Counted from the first letter of the stretch, positions 1 to 9,402 are shown. The stretch is 64,000 nucleotides of DNA from an uncultured Actinomycetes bacterium (GCA_963825635.1 CAWGTU010000003.1:779812-843811), one strand, 5' to 3'. Program-made: numbers and translations. The notes: a model not told the origin generated them from the sequence alone.

Positions 1-404
1 CCCTCGAGGATCTCGTCGAGTTCCTCGACGCCGAGGTCGGCGAGGGCCAGTGGGCGATGGCGCTCACGGCCGACCACGGCCACCAGTACGACCCGGCGAT
101 CTCCGGAGCGATGCCGATCGGCATCACGGCACTGACGGCGTTCATCGAGGACCGCTTCTCCGATCCCGCCGGACCCAGCGTCGTGCGGCGCGCGCGTCCC
201 ACCCAGATATGGATGGACGAGCAGACCCTCGCCGATGCCGGACACACGCTCGACGAGGTCGCGGCGGCACTCGCATCCGCCACGCGCGAGGAGTTGTCGG
301 GTGGTGCCGAAGTCCCCGGCGACCCCGACGCGCGTGCCTTCTCGGCCGCCTTCCCGACGAGCGACCTCGATGGCCTCGGATGCCTGCCGCCCGATCGATC
401 GTGA
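1..404 (+). CDS. 3' end (partial) of a type I phosphodiesterase/nucleotide pyrophosphatase (NPP, alkaline-phosphatase superfamily) family secreted protein
   Basis: The open frame runs from the window edge. Its C-terminus (WAMALTADHG..., ending ...CLPPDRS) is clearly paralogous to the C-terminus of the 28688..30339 gene (WAMVVTADHAAMPDP..., ending ...CLPEAAR). Family assignment is by that paralogy. Confidence 0.55.
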   Translation, partial: LEDLVEFLDAEVGEGQWAMALTADHGHQYDPAISGAMPIGITALTAFIEDRFSDPAGPSVVRRARPTQIWMDEQTLADAGHTLDEVAAALASATREELSGGAEVPGDPDARAFSAAFPTSDLDGLGCLPPDRS

Positions 405-555
405 CAGACGACCCGTCGGCACCGAGTGCTCGCGCCGCTCGCCCACGAACCTGAGGCTCCGAACGGCCGGAGCGACCCCCACGCAGAGGGACCCCCGGCC
501 CCGCCCGCACCCCTCTCGCCGGGTGTACGCATAGGGGTGAGAAGGAGGTGCGTCA

Positions 556-1193
556 TGGTGGTCTCGACGACGAAGGTGCCCAAGGTGGACTACCGACGCG
601 AGCTCGGCGACCTCTACGACGCTCACGAGGATCCCTCGCTGGTCGACGTGCCGACGATCGACTACCTGATGGTCGATGGCCACGGTGATCCGAACGGATC
701 GAACGTGTTCACACAGGCGGTGGAGGCGCTCTGCGCGGTCGGGTACGCCCTGAAGTTCCGCGTCCGCAAGCTCCCCGATGGCATCGACTTCGCGGTCATG
801 CCGCTCGAAGGACTCTGGTGGATCCCCAACGCCCGGGTCTGGGACTTCGACGACAAATCCGACTGGGATTGGACGCTGATGCTGGCCCAGCCCCCCATCG
901 TCACGCCGGAGCTGGTGGTCGAGACGGTGGCCGCGGTGAGAGCCCGTCGGCAGATGGACTCCCTCGACCTCGTGCGATTCGAACCCTTCAGCGAGGGGGG
1001 CTGCGCGCAGGTGTTGCACAGCGGTCCTTTCTCGGCCGAGCGGCCGGCGCTCGAGCGCCTGTACGAGTTCGTCAAGCGTGAGGGGTGCATGCCCGTTGGC
1101 AAGCACCACGAGATCTACCTGACCGATCCGCAGCGCACCGCCCCCGAGCGCATGCGCACGATCATCCGCCAGCCGGTCACCCCCAGGACCTGA
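556..1193 (+). CDS. GyrI-like small-molecule-binding domain protein
   Basis: N-terminus MVVSTTKVPKVDYRRELGDLYDA is typical of GyrI-like/YdeE-fold proteins. GAAGGAGG RBS lies 5 nt upstream of ATG 556. The longer ORF from 426 lacks an RBS. Confidence 0.6.
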
Positions 1194-1253
1194 CGAACGA
1201 CAACGGCAAGGGCCCCAAGCACGCCGTTCGGTGTGGGGGGTAGGCTCGTCGGC

Positions 1254-1514
1254 ATGGCGGTGGTGCTGCTGCGAGCCCCCCTGTCGCAACGCGCGGGGAA
1301 CACGTCGGATCACGACCTTCCCGGCTCGACCGTGGGCGAGGTCCTCCGCGAGTTGGAACGGCGGCACCCGCCGATCGTGGGCTGGATCCTCGACGAGCAG
1401 GGCCGGGTCCGCCCGCACGTGAACGTGTTCGTGAACGGGGAGCGCACGAGCGAGGGTTCGGCCGTCGGGCCGAGCGACGTCCTGCACGTGCTCCCGTCGA
1501 TCTCGGGAGGGTGA
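1254..1514 (+). CDS. MoaD/ThiS-family ubiquitin-like small protein (C-terminal Gly-Gly)
   Basis: 86 aa and ends ...LPSISGG, the diglycine terminus characteristic of sulfur-carrier/modifier proteins. Its stop TGA at 1512-1514 lies 3 nt before the next gene's ATG (1518), with ATGC at 1514-1516 overlapping the stop. Confidence 0.55.
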   Translation: MAVVLLRAPLSQRAGNTSDHDLPGSTVGEVLRELERRHPPIVGWILDEQGRVRPHVNVFVNGERTSEGSAVGPSDVLHVLPSISGG

Positions 1515-1517
1515 TGC

Positions 1518-2588
1518 ATGACGGAGTTGTTGGTCGGCACCAAGAAGGGGTTGTTCGTGTTGCGGGGTGACCCGCAGGTGGGTGAGCCGTTCGAGATCGT
1601 CACCAGGGCGTTCCCCGGCGACGTGGTGGAGTTCGCGATGCGCGATCCGCGCACGGGACGGTACTTCGCGGCCCATACGTCGGGCTTCTACGGTCCGCGC
1701 CTCATGTACACCGACGATCCGACCGGGGAGTGGACCCAAGCCGAGGGTCCCTCCTTCCCCGAAGGAGGCGACGCGAGCCTCGAGCGTATCTGGATGATCG
1801 GGCCCGGCGAGGCCGACGGCCTGCTGTACGCGGGCGTGGCCCCCGCGGCGCTGTTCACGTCGACCGACGACGGCGAGTCGTGGTCGCTCAACGAGGCGCT
1901 CTGGAAGGAGCACCAGGCCGGTGATTGGCAGCCCGGCGCCGGAGGCCTCGCCCTGCACTCGATCTGTCCCTGGCCCGGCGATCCGCTGCGGCTGGCGGTG
2001 GGCGTGAGCGCGGCCGGCGTCTGGATCACCGACGACGGCGGGCAGACGTGGCGCACCGGGTTCGACGGGCTCGTGCCCGAGTACGTGCCCGAGGAAGCGC
2101 GGGAGGGAACGAGCGCGCTCTGCGTTCACAACATGCACCGGGCCCCGACGCGTCCCGAACGGCTCTTCATGCAGTTCCACGGGAACGTCTACCGCAGCGA
2201 CGACGGGGGCTCGCGCTGGCGGGAGATCAAGGCAGGGCTCCCTAGCGGCTTCGGATTCCCGCTCGTGATCGACCCGGCCGATGCCGACAGTGCCTACGTG
2301 ATCCCGCTGGTCGCCGACATCGACCGCGTGACCCCCGACGCCCGCGTGCGTGTGTTCGAGACGCGCGATGCGGGCTCGACGTGGAGCGCGCACGGCGACG
2401 GCCTGCCGTCGAACGAGGCGTACCTCACCGTGCTGCGCCAGGCGTTCGGCTCGACCGGTCAGGGACCGCAGATGCAGCTGTATTTCGGCGCGACGAGCGG
2501 CGACGTGTTCGGCTCCCCCGACGCCGGGTCGTCGTGGTTCCAGGTGCACGAGCGTCTGGCGCCGGTGACGAGCGTCCGCGTGGCCTGA
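1518..2588 (+). CDS. BNR/Asp-box repeat beta-propeller protein (sialidase-like / Ycf48-like fold)
   Basis: Repeated S/T-x-D-x-G-x-T/S-W motifs (TDDGESWS, TDDGGQTW, SDDGGSRW, RDAGSTWS) are typical of BNR repeats. No signal peptide was obvious. Translationally coupled to the upstream MoaD-like gene. Confidence 0.6.
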   Translation: MTELLVGTKKGLFVLRGDPQVGEPFEIVTRAFPGDVVEFAMRDPRTGRYFAAHTSGFYGPRLMYTDDPTGEWTQAEGPSFPEGGDASLERIWMIGPGEADGLLYAGVAPAALFTSTDDGESWSLNEALWKEHQAGDWQPGAGGLALHSICPWPGDPLRLAVGVSAAGVWITDDGGQTWRTGFDGLVPEYVPEEAREGTSALCVHNMHRAPTRPERLFMQFHGNVYRSDDGGSRWREIKAGLPSGFGFPLVIDPADADSAYVIPLVADIDRVTPDARVRVFETRDAGSTWSAHGDGLPSNEAYLTVLRQAFGSTGQGPQMQLYFGATSGDVFGSPDAGSSWFQVHERLAPVTSVRVA

Positions 2589-2603
2589 AGGATCGGCGCT
2601 CGG

Positions 2604-2801
2604 TCAGTGCTCGCGAGGTTCGCGGCGTTCGATCCACTCGCACGGCCAGGCGATGAGCAAGGGCGAGCGGTCCCACACGACGTGCACGGCGCCGTCACCG
2701 ACCCGTTGGATCACGCCCCGTTCCCCCGGAACCGGTGACTTGAGCACGGCTCCTTGAGGGCCGACGAAGGCCACGTGGTCGGCTGGCCGCATCGCTACCA
2801 T
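2604..2801 (-). CDS. hypothetical small protein (65 aa)
   Basis: The ORF gives a protein-like sequence (VHVVWDRSPLLIAWPCEWIERREP). No family was recognised. Confidence 0.25.
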   Translation of the reverse strand: MVAMRPADHVAFVGPQGAVLKSPVPGERGVIQRVGDGAVHVVWDRSPLLIAWPCEWIERREPREH

Positions 2802-2886
2802 GATTCGGGTATCGGCATCGACCGTCGGCCAGTTGAGCTATCAGCGTGTCCCCCGTTCGGCCGACACGCCCACACGGCTCCCAGCG

Positions 2887-3171
2887 ATGTCAGACCCCCG
2901 AGCTATCGTTCGGGTCATGGCACAGGTCATCTCGCTCGACGACTACCGCACCCGCCGCAAGGGGCCGCTCGCGATCGCGATCGAGCGACTCGACAGAGCC
3001 GTGGCGCGCCTCGATCCGCTGGTGCACGACCGCCGAGGCCCGCTCTCGCCATCGGTCGAGCGGGAGCTCGCATTGATCGCTCGCGACGTGGGTGCCGCCC
3101 GCCCGCTGCAGGCGGCGATCCGGGCCGAGCGACTGGCCGATCTCCTGGAGCACCCCGCCGCGTCGGGCTGA
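2887..3171 (+). CDS. hypothetical protein
   Basis: ORF with a plausible start at ATG 2887 (MSDPRAIVRVMAQVISLDDYR...). No family was recognised. Confidence 0.25.
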   Translation: MSDPRAIVRVMAQVISLDDYRTRRKGPLAIAIERLDRAVARLDPLVHDRRGPLSPSVERELALIARDVGAARPLQAAIRAERLADLLEHPAASG

Positions 3172-3388
3172 CCCGACGTGTGCGAGCCCGAGGCCGGGCA
3201 TAGAGCGAGGGGAGCAGGTATCAAGCGTCTCGTCTGCACGTGCTCGGGCGCCGGCGGCGTGGCCCCCGGGGCCTGAGCATGCCTCCCGCGGCATGACTCG
3301 CGCGTGGGTTCTGCTCCCCTCGCGGGTACCTCTCGGCACCCGACTCGAACGTACACCTCGGCTCTGAACCGCGCAAACGCGAAGTCGG

Positions 3389-4201
3389 TCAACCCTCCGC
3401 TCGGTGCGTCCGGGACCGCAGCACGACCCAGACCAGCACCGCCGCGACCGCCGCCGCTCCGGCCGCTGCCGCGATCGACGGCTTCGGGGGCGGCACCGCC
3501 TGGGCGATGCGCGTGCGCAGCCGAACCGGTCGCCGGAAGTCGCGCACCTGCCACCCACGCTCCTCGGCCTCCCGTCGAAGGTCGCGATCGGGATTCACCG
3601 CGACCGGATGCCCCACGACCGAGAGCATCGGCAGGTCGGTGACCGAGTCGCTGTAGGCGTACGAGGCATCGAGGTCGATGCCGAGTCGTTCCGCGAGCCC
3701 CTCGATCGCCTCGGCCTTCTGCTCCCCGTAGGCGTAGAACGCCAGCTCACCCGTGTACCGGCCGTCCTCGTCGATCTCGGCACGCGTCGCGATCACGCCG
3801 CTGGCACCGAAGTGCTGACTCAGCGGGCGCACGACCTCCTCGGGCGAGCTCGAGACGATGTAGATGCGCCTGCCCTCGCTACGGTGCAGGGCCATGAGGT
3901 CGAGCGCCTCTTGGTACACGTACGGGTCGATCACGTCGAAGATCACCTCGCGTACCAGCGTCTCCACCTGATCCTGGTTCCAGCCCTTCGTGAGCGAGAG
4001 CATGCCCTCCTTGAGCCGCTCCATCTTGTCCTCGTCGGCTCCGACCAGCAGGTAGACGAGCTGGGCGTAGGCGCCCCGGAGCAGCTGGGATCTCGACACC
4101 ATGCCCGCCCGATAGAGGGGACGCGACAGGGCGAGCGACGACGATCGGGAGATGATCGTCTTGTCGAGGTCGAAGAACGCTGCTTCCATCGTGTTTCCCA
4201 T
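3389..4201 (-). CDS. HAD-IB family hydrolase (phosphoserine-phosphatase-like) with C-terminal transmembrane tail
   Basis: HAD motif I FFDLDKTI is near the N-terminus, and the architecture matches HAD-IB. The C-terminus has a hydrophobic stretch (AAAAGAAAVAAVLVWVVL). Start is placed at MGNTMEAAFFDLDKT (ATG 4201). Confidence 0.7.
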   Translation of the reverse strand: MGNTMEAAFFDLDKTIISRSSSLALSRPLYRAGMVSRSQLLRGAYAQLVYLLVGADEDKMERLKEGMLSLTKGWNQDQVETLVREVIFDVIDPYVYQEALDLMALHRSEGRRIYIVSSSPEEVVRPLSQHFGASGVIATRAEIDEDGRYTGELAFYAYGEQKAEAIEGLAERLGIDLDASYAYSDSVTDLPMLSVVGHPVAVNPDRDLRREAEERGWQVRDFRRPVRLRTRIAQAVPPPKPSIAAAAGAAAVAAVLVWVVLRSRTHRAEG

Positions 4202-4245
4202 CGTACGGTCGGTCGCCGACCTGGAGCCGTTCGACCGACGAACCC

Positions 4246-4791
4246 CTAGCGGCGGACCCTCCCGAGCGTCGCGCGATACGTGGTGAGCCACGCGAGCTCG
4301 GCCTCGGCGAACGCTTCCTGCTGGCGGAGCAGGGCCGCGGAGACGGAGCGACCGGGGTCGCGCTCACCGGCGGTGCGGTCGAGCTCGGTGCGCACGGCGT
4401 CGAGCAGGTCGCGGACCGATCGTTCGCGGGCGTCGGCAGCTGCTCTGGCGAGGGAGGCCGGCACCACGTGCGCGAACCCGAGGGCCACGGCGGCCCGTGA
4501 GTCCATCGGCGCGAGCGCGGCGGCCATCTCGGTCACGCCGTCTGCGAGGCGTTCGCGTCCCTGCTTCGTGATGCGGAAGACGCGCCGGTCCGGCCCGTCC
4601 CTGCCCTCCTGCGCCTTGCCGACGATCGATCCGTCGCGTTCGAGCCGCTTGAGCACCTGGTAGGCGGACGCCCGGCTCAGCTCGGTCCAGAACCCCATGC
4701 TGCGAGATCGGAAGCGCTCGAGCAGGTCGTAGCCGTGCATCGGCCCTTCCGCCAGCAACCCCAGCACCACGACCTCCACCTTCGTCGCCAT
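4246..4791 (-). CDS. PadR family transcriptional regulator
   Basis: N-terminal winged-helix region LGLLAEGPMHGYDL...SRASAYQVLKRLERDG matches the PadR signature. Confidence 0.8.
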   Translation of the reverse strand: MATKVEVVVLGLLAEGPMHGYDLLERFRSRSMGFWTELSRASAYQVLKRLERDGSIVGKAQEGRDGPDRRVFRITKQGRERLADGVTEMAAALAPMDSRAAVALGFAHVVPASLARAAADARERSVRDLLDAVRTELDRTAGERDPGRSVSAALLRQQEAFAEAELAWLTTYRATLGRVRR

Positions 4792-4877
4792 CGCCCCTGC
4801 TCCTAGTCTGGATTGGATTAGTTGTCAGTGTACCGCCTCCGTCGGGGACATCTGGCCAGGGCGGGTAGCCTTGTGCC

Positions 4878-4969
4878 GGAGGCGTCAGGGTTCCTGGTGG
4901 GCCCCGCGGTCTTCAAAACCGATGTGGGGGCGCAAGCTCCCAGGCGGGTTCGATTCCCGTCCGCCTCCG
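4878..4969 (+). tRNA. selC: tRNA-Sec (selC), anticodon UCA
   Basis: - Seen in sequence: a 92-nt element GGAGGCG...GGTCTTCAAAACC...GGCGGGTTCGATTCCCGT-CCGCCTCC-G.
- The 5' strand GGAGGCG pairs with the 3' strand CGCCTCC as an acceptor stem.
- T-arm is GCGGG-TTCGATT-CCCGT.
- A 7-nt anticodon loop CTTCAAA (U33, anticodon UCA) is closed by GGT/ACC.
- There is a long GC-rich variable arm (TGGGGG-CGCAAG-CTCCCA) and a G discriminator with no encoded CCA.
- Anticodon loop, variable-arm style and T-loop closely resemble E. coli selC (GGACTTCAAATCC...GGTTCGACTCC).
- The D-arm could not be resolved by eye. Confidence 0.65.
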
Positions 4970-4971
4970 CG

Positions 4972-7692
4972 ATGCACGAGACCGAGGACGAGCGGGGCCG
5001 GTACCCGGCCCATCGAGAGACCGACGTCGTGCTGCGAGACGGCAGCACGGTGCACATCCGTCCCGCTCGGTCCGAGGATCGTGAGCGCGTCGAGGACTAC
5101 CTGATCGGATTGTCGGACGAGTCAAGGCGTCTGCGCTTCTGGGGCATGTCGGTCGACATCACCGACGTGGCTGCCAGGGCGGTCGACGTCGACTACGTCG
5201 ACCACCTGACCCTGCTCGCGTTCGCGGGAGGACGTGAGGGCACGGTCATCGGCGGCGCCCAGTACGTCCGCGAGGGCAGCACGCCGCGGGCGGAGGTGAG
5301 CGTCAGCATCGCCGACGCCCTGCAGGGCCACGGACTCGGATCGATCCTGATCGCCCACCTCGCCCAGGCGGCCGAAGCCAACGGCATCGAGACCTTCGTG
5401 GCGCAGGTGCTGCCGGAGAACCACCGCATGATCGACGTGTTCCGCCGCACCGGGTTCGCGGTGCGCATCCGCGCGGTCCCCGGTGAGGTCGAGGTGGAGT
5501 TCCCCACCGAGATCACGGACGAGGCTGCGGAGCGTTACGAGGAACGGGAGGACGCGGCGGCGGCAGCGGCCGTGCGGCTGCTGCTGGAGCCGACGTCCGT
5601 CGCCGTGATCGGCGCGTCGCGCGACCCTTCGTCGATCGGAGGCCGCCTGCTGCACAACCTGCTGTCGGGTCCGTTCCAGGGAGTCGTGTACCCCGTCAAC
5701 CCCAGTGCGCCGGCGGTGCAGGGCGTGCCCGCCTACCCCTCGGTCGTCGACGTGCCCGGTGACGTCGAGGTCGCGTTCGTCGCGGTGCCCGCCGCGGGGG
5801 TCGTCGACGTCGCCCGCCAGTGCGCCGCCAAGGGCGTACGGGGGCTGATCGTGATCTCGGCGGGATTCGGCGAGACCGGCCCCGAGGGGCTCGCGCGCCA
5901 GCACGATCTGCTCGACGTCTGCCGCGCCAGCGGCATGCGCCTGATCGGTCCGAACTGCATGGGCATCGTGAATACCGACCCCGAGCTCGTGCTGAACGGC
6001 ACGTTCTCCACGGCGTGGCCACCTCTGGGCCGCGTGGGATTCCTGTCCCAGAGCGGCGCTCTGGGCCTCGCGGTGATGGGGCAGGCGGCGGCGCTCGGGC
6101 TCGGCCTGTCGACGTTCGTCTCGGTGGGGAACAAGGCCGACGTCTCGGGCAACGACCTGCTCTGCTACTGGGAGCAGGACGATCGCACCGACCTGGTGAT
6201 GCTCTACCTCGAGAGCTTCGGCAACCCTCGCCGGTTCGGGCGGCTCGCTCGTCGCATCGGCCGCACGAAGCCCGTCGTCGTGGTGAAGTCCGGCCGCAGT
6301 GCGGCAGGGCAGCGCGCGGCGTCCTCGCATACCGGTGCCCTGCTGGCGGCCAGCGACACGACCGTCGACGCGCTCTTCCGACAGCACGGCGTGATCCGCA
6401 CCGACACCCTCGAGGAGATGTTCGACGTCGCGACGCTGCTCGCGAACCAGCCCGTGCCGGCCGGCGCTCGCGTTGCGATCGTCACGAACGCTGGCGGACT
6501 CGGCATCCTCTGCGCCGACACGTGCGAGGCCAACGGCCTGTCGGTGCCCGAGCTCGCCCCCGAGACGGTCGCCTCGCTCGAGTCGTTCCTGCCCGATGAG
6601 GCCTCGCTCTCGAATCCCGTGGACATGATCGCCTCGGCCACCCCCGCGGACTACGGGCAGGCGATCGGCACGGTCGCCGCCGATCCGAACGTCGACGCGA
6701 TGATCGCGATCTACATCCCGCCGCTCGAGTCCGATGCCCCTGCCGTCGCGACCGCGCTCGTGGACGCGATCACCCGGATCGACGGGCGCATCCCCGTCCT
6801 CACCTGCTTCATGTCGTCGCGCGGACTACCCGATGCGTTGCGGGCGCCCGGTCTCCGCATCCCGTCGTTCGCATACCCGGAACAGGCCGCGATCGCCCTC
6901 GCCCACGCGACCGGTCTCGGGGTGTGGCGCGCCAAGCCCGAAGGGACCGTCCCGTCGTTCGAGGTGCGCGAGGACGAGGCGGCGGCGGTGATCGCGGATG
7001 CCCTGACGCGCGGGGAAGGGTGGCTCACCCCTGAGGAGGTCCGGGTCCTCCTCGACTGCTACGGAGTACCCGCCGCACGACAGGCGCGGGCGTCGTCACC
7101 CGAGGAAGCCGCCGAGGCGGCGGCATCGGTCGGTTCGACGATCGCGCTCAAGGCGATCGGCCCCGTCCACAAGACTGAGTCGGGCGCGGTCGTGCTCGAT
7201 CTCTCTCCCGCCGACGTGCTGGAGTCGGCCAGGGCGATGTCCGAGCGCGTGATCGCCGCCGGGGAGCCGTTCGACGGATTCCTCGTGCAGGAGATGGTGG
7301 CTCCCGGCGTGGAGATGCTCGTCGGCGCCGTGGCCGATCCCGTGTTCGGGCCGGTGATCGCGGTGGGAGCGGGCGGGGTGACGGTGGAGCTCACACGCGA
7401 CGTCGCCGTACGGGTCGCGCCGCTCACCGACCTCGACGCCGAGGAGATGGTGCGCTCGCTGGCGACGTTCCCTCTGCTCGACGGGTTCAGGGGCGCCGAG
7501 AAGGCCGACGTGGCAGCGCTCGCCGACGTGGTGCTGCGGCTGGGTGCGATCGCGACGGCCCACGATGCGATCGCGGAGATGGACTGCAACCCTGTCATCG
7601 TGCACACCCACGGCGCCGTCGTCGTCGATGCGCGCATCTCGGTGCAGACGCCGTCGCCCCCAACCCCGTTCGGTGCTCGCTCCCAAGGGTGA
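4972..7692 (+). CDS. Pat-type protein lysine acetyltransferase (N-terminal GNAT fused to NDP-forming acyl-CoA synthetase-like CoA-binding/ATP-grasp domains)
   Basis: N-terminal GNAT region (QGHGLGSILIAHLAQ, ...FVAQVLPENHRMIDVFRRTGF). This is followed by a CoA-binding domain (SVAVIGASRDPSSIGG), succinyl-CoA-synthetase-like domains and an ATP-grasp domain. GNAT-first order matches the Streptomyces-type PatA arrangement. Start set at ATG 4972, immediately after the tRNA; the ORF track's 4822 start would overlap the tRNA. Confidence 0.8.
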   Translation: MHETEDERGRYPAHRETDVVLRDGSTVHIRPARSEDRERVEDYLIGLSDESRRLRFWGMSVDITDVAARAVDVDYVDHLTLLAFAGGREGTVIGGAQYVREGSTPRAEVSVSIADALQGHGLGSILIAHLAQAAEANGIETFVAQVLPENHRMIDVFRRTGFAVRIRAVPGEVEVEFPTEITDEAAERYEEREDAAAAAAVRLLLEPTSVAVIGASRDPSSIGGRLLHNLLSGPFQGVVYPVNPSAPAVQGVPAYPSVVDVPGDVEVAFVAVPAAGVVDVARQCAAKGVRGLIVISAGFGETGPEGLARQHDLLDVCRASGMRLIGPNCMGIVNTDPELVLNGTFSTAWPPLGRVGFLSQSGALGLAVMGQAAALGLGLSTFVSVGNKADVSGNDLLCYWEQDDRTDLVMLYLESFGNPRRFGRLARRIGRTKPVVVVKSGRSAAGQRAASSHTGALLAASDTTVDALFRQHGVIRTDTLEEMFDVATLLANQPVPAGARVAIVTNAGGLGILCADTCEANGLSVPELAPETVASLESFLPDEASLSNPVDMIASATPADYGQAIGTVAADPNVDAMIAIYIPPLESDAPAVATALVDAITRIDGRIPVLTCFMSSRGLPDALRAPGLRIPSFAYPEQAAIALAHATGLGVWRAKPEGTVPSFEVREDEAAAVIADALTRGEGWLTPEEVRVLLDCYGVPAARQARASSPEEAAEAAASVGSTIALKAIGPVHKTESGAVVLDLSPADVLESARAMSERVIAAGEPFDGFLVQEMVAPGVEMLVGAVADPVFGPVIAVGAGGVTVELTRDVAVRVAPLTDLDAEEMVRSLATFPLLDGFRGAEKADVAALADVVLRLGAIATAHDAIAEMDCNPVIVHTHGAVVVDARISVQTPSPPTPFGARSQG

Positions 7693-7759
7693 CCTCGAGG
7701 TGCCCGTCGGCGCGTGACTCGCACCGTCGCTCACCGAAACCCGCGCTACCCTGGATGCC

Positions 7760-8080
7760 ATGAGCAGCGTGGAGCGCATCAAGCACCTCGCCGAGCGGGC
7801 CGACATCGCCGCCGAGGAGCTCTTGGAGTTCCTCGAGTCCCCGTCCGGCCGGCGCATGCGCAACGTGCTCGCCGGAGCCGTGATCGTCTCCGCGCCGCTG
7901 ATCATGCGCGTTCCCGGCCTGAAGCGGTCGCCCCTCGGCAGGCTCGTCGCCATGACCGGCGGCAGCGCGATCCTGATCGGCATCGCCGAGGCGATCCGCG
8001 ACTGGGAGCGCAGCGAGTCGTCGAAGGGACGTCGACGTTCCGTGATCGACGTGCCGCCCCCGAGCCCTGGGAGTGGCTGA
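7760..8080 (+). CDS. hypothetical small membrane protein
   Basis: 106 aa with two hydrophobic segments (AGAVIVSAPLIM, LVAMTGGSAILIGIA). No family was recognised. Confidence 0.4.
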   Translation: MSSVERIKHLAERADIAAEELLEFLESPSGRRMRNVLAGAVIVSAPLIMRVPGLKRSPLGRLVAMTGGSAILIGIAEAIRDWERSESSKGRRRSVIDVPPPSPGSG

Positions 8081-8082
8081 GG

Positions 8083-9402
8083 TTACGGCTCTGCCGGCTC
8101 GACGGGCCCCTCCGGCACCTCGGCCCTCGACGGGACATCCTCGAGATGCAGCTCGTCGTCGATCTGGTCGGGTGCGAGCGTGCCGACCGTGCCTCGGCTG
8201 ATCGCGCGCGCATAGAGGAAGAGCGCCGGTAGACGAAGCAGCCCCGAGACGACCAGGGCCGTCGGCACCGAGACCGAGCGGGCGATCAGCCCGATACCCG
8301 GTCCCCCGGCCGCCTGACCGATCGCATCGGACTGGGAGCCGATCGAGTTGATCGTGGCACGGGTCTTGGCGTCCAGGCCCTGATTGATCCACGCCGTGAA
8401 CACGGGCTCCCGCACGCTTCGCAAGGTTCCCACGAGCCAGAACATCGCGAGGGCGAGCCAGAAGCTCGACGCCAACGCGAACACCACCACCGCGACGACC
8501 AACACGACGTCGACGACCGCCAAGACACGGGCAACCGTGCCGTGTCCCTGCAGATGCACCCGTCGCTTCACGATCGCCAGGGCGCCGATGCCGAGCAGCA
8601 GCGCCCCGCCGTCGAGGATGCCGAACCACACCGGCAGCTCGAGCCCTCCCACGGTCGGCAGCCCGATGTCCTCCAGCAAGTGGAGGTCGCTCAGTCGGTC
8701 GAACCCCTCGGTCGACATACCGTGGAGTGCCGCAGTGCCGAGGATCAGCAGCAGCACGTGGTGGGCACGCACCGCGGCCACGCCCTCGCGGACGGTCGTT
8801 GCGAGCGAGGTGTGCAGCCGTTCGCCCTCTCGGCGTTCGGGCTGGAACCCCTCCTCACGCATCGTGATCGCCATGAAGACCCCGAGCGCGATGAACCCGA
8901 GTCCCGAGACCAGGATCGGTGTTCGGAGGCTCGAGAACGACGCGATCGTCACACCCACCGCGATGCCGAGGAGCGAGCCCCACTGCCACCACTGCTCGCT
9001 GCGCAAGTACATCGGCTGTGCCGCCTCTTCACCGATCTCGTCGGTGAGCCACGCGACGTCGGCGCCGCTCTGGAACGTGGCGAACACCCCCCACAGTGCC
9101 TGAGAGAGCACGGCGATCGCGAACGACTCGGCCGCGCCCAACACCAGGAACGCGACCCCGGTACCGAGCAGGCCGATCACGACCGAGAGACGGCGGCTCG
9201 CGGTGTCGGCGACGATCCCGGTCGGCACCTCCAACAGTAGGTACGTGAGCTCGAGCACCGTGCCGAGCAGCAGCAGCTCGAACGGTCCAAGCTGAAGTTC
9301 CACGATCAGGAAGACGCTGAATAACACCGACATCAGGTGGAAGAAGAAGCCCTCACCCGTCGAGTAGACGAGGTAGACGGTCTCGGGTCGCGGCCGACGC
9401 AT
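8083..9402 (-). CDS. MFS transporter
   Basis: 439 aa with about 12 predicted TM segments. MFS-like loop motif after TM2 (GIVADTASRRLSVVIGLLG). Confidence 0.8.
   Translation of the reverse strand: MRRPRPETVYLVYSTGEGFFFHLMSVLFSVFLIVELQLGPFELLLLGTVLELTYLLLEVPTGIVADTASRRLSVVIGLLGTGVAFLVLGAAESFAIAVLSQALWGVFATFQSGADVAWLTDEIGEEAAQPMYLRSEQWWQWGSLLGIAVGVTIASFSSLRTPILVSGLGFIALGVFMAITMREEGFQPERREGERLHTSLATTVREGVAAVRAHHVLLLILGTAALHGMSTEGFDRLSDLHLLEDIGLPTVGGLELPVWFGILDGGALLLGIGALAIVKRRVHLQGHGTVARVLAVVDVVLVVAVVVFALASSFWLALAMFWLVGTLRSVREPVFTAWINQGLDAKTRATINSIGSQSDAIGQAAGGPGIGLIARSVSVPTALVVSGLLRLPALFLYARAISRGTVGTLAPDQIDDELHLEDVPSRAEVPEGPVEPAEP

Noticed and set aside
3280-3380. possible minus-strand tRNA (CGACTCGAACG resembles a T-loop complement)
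   Set aside because: The reverse complement lacks complementary acceptor and T stems.
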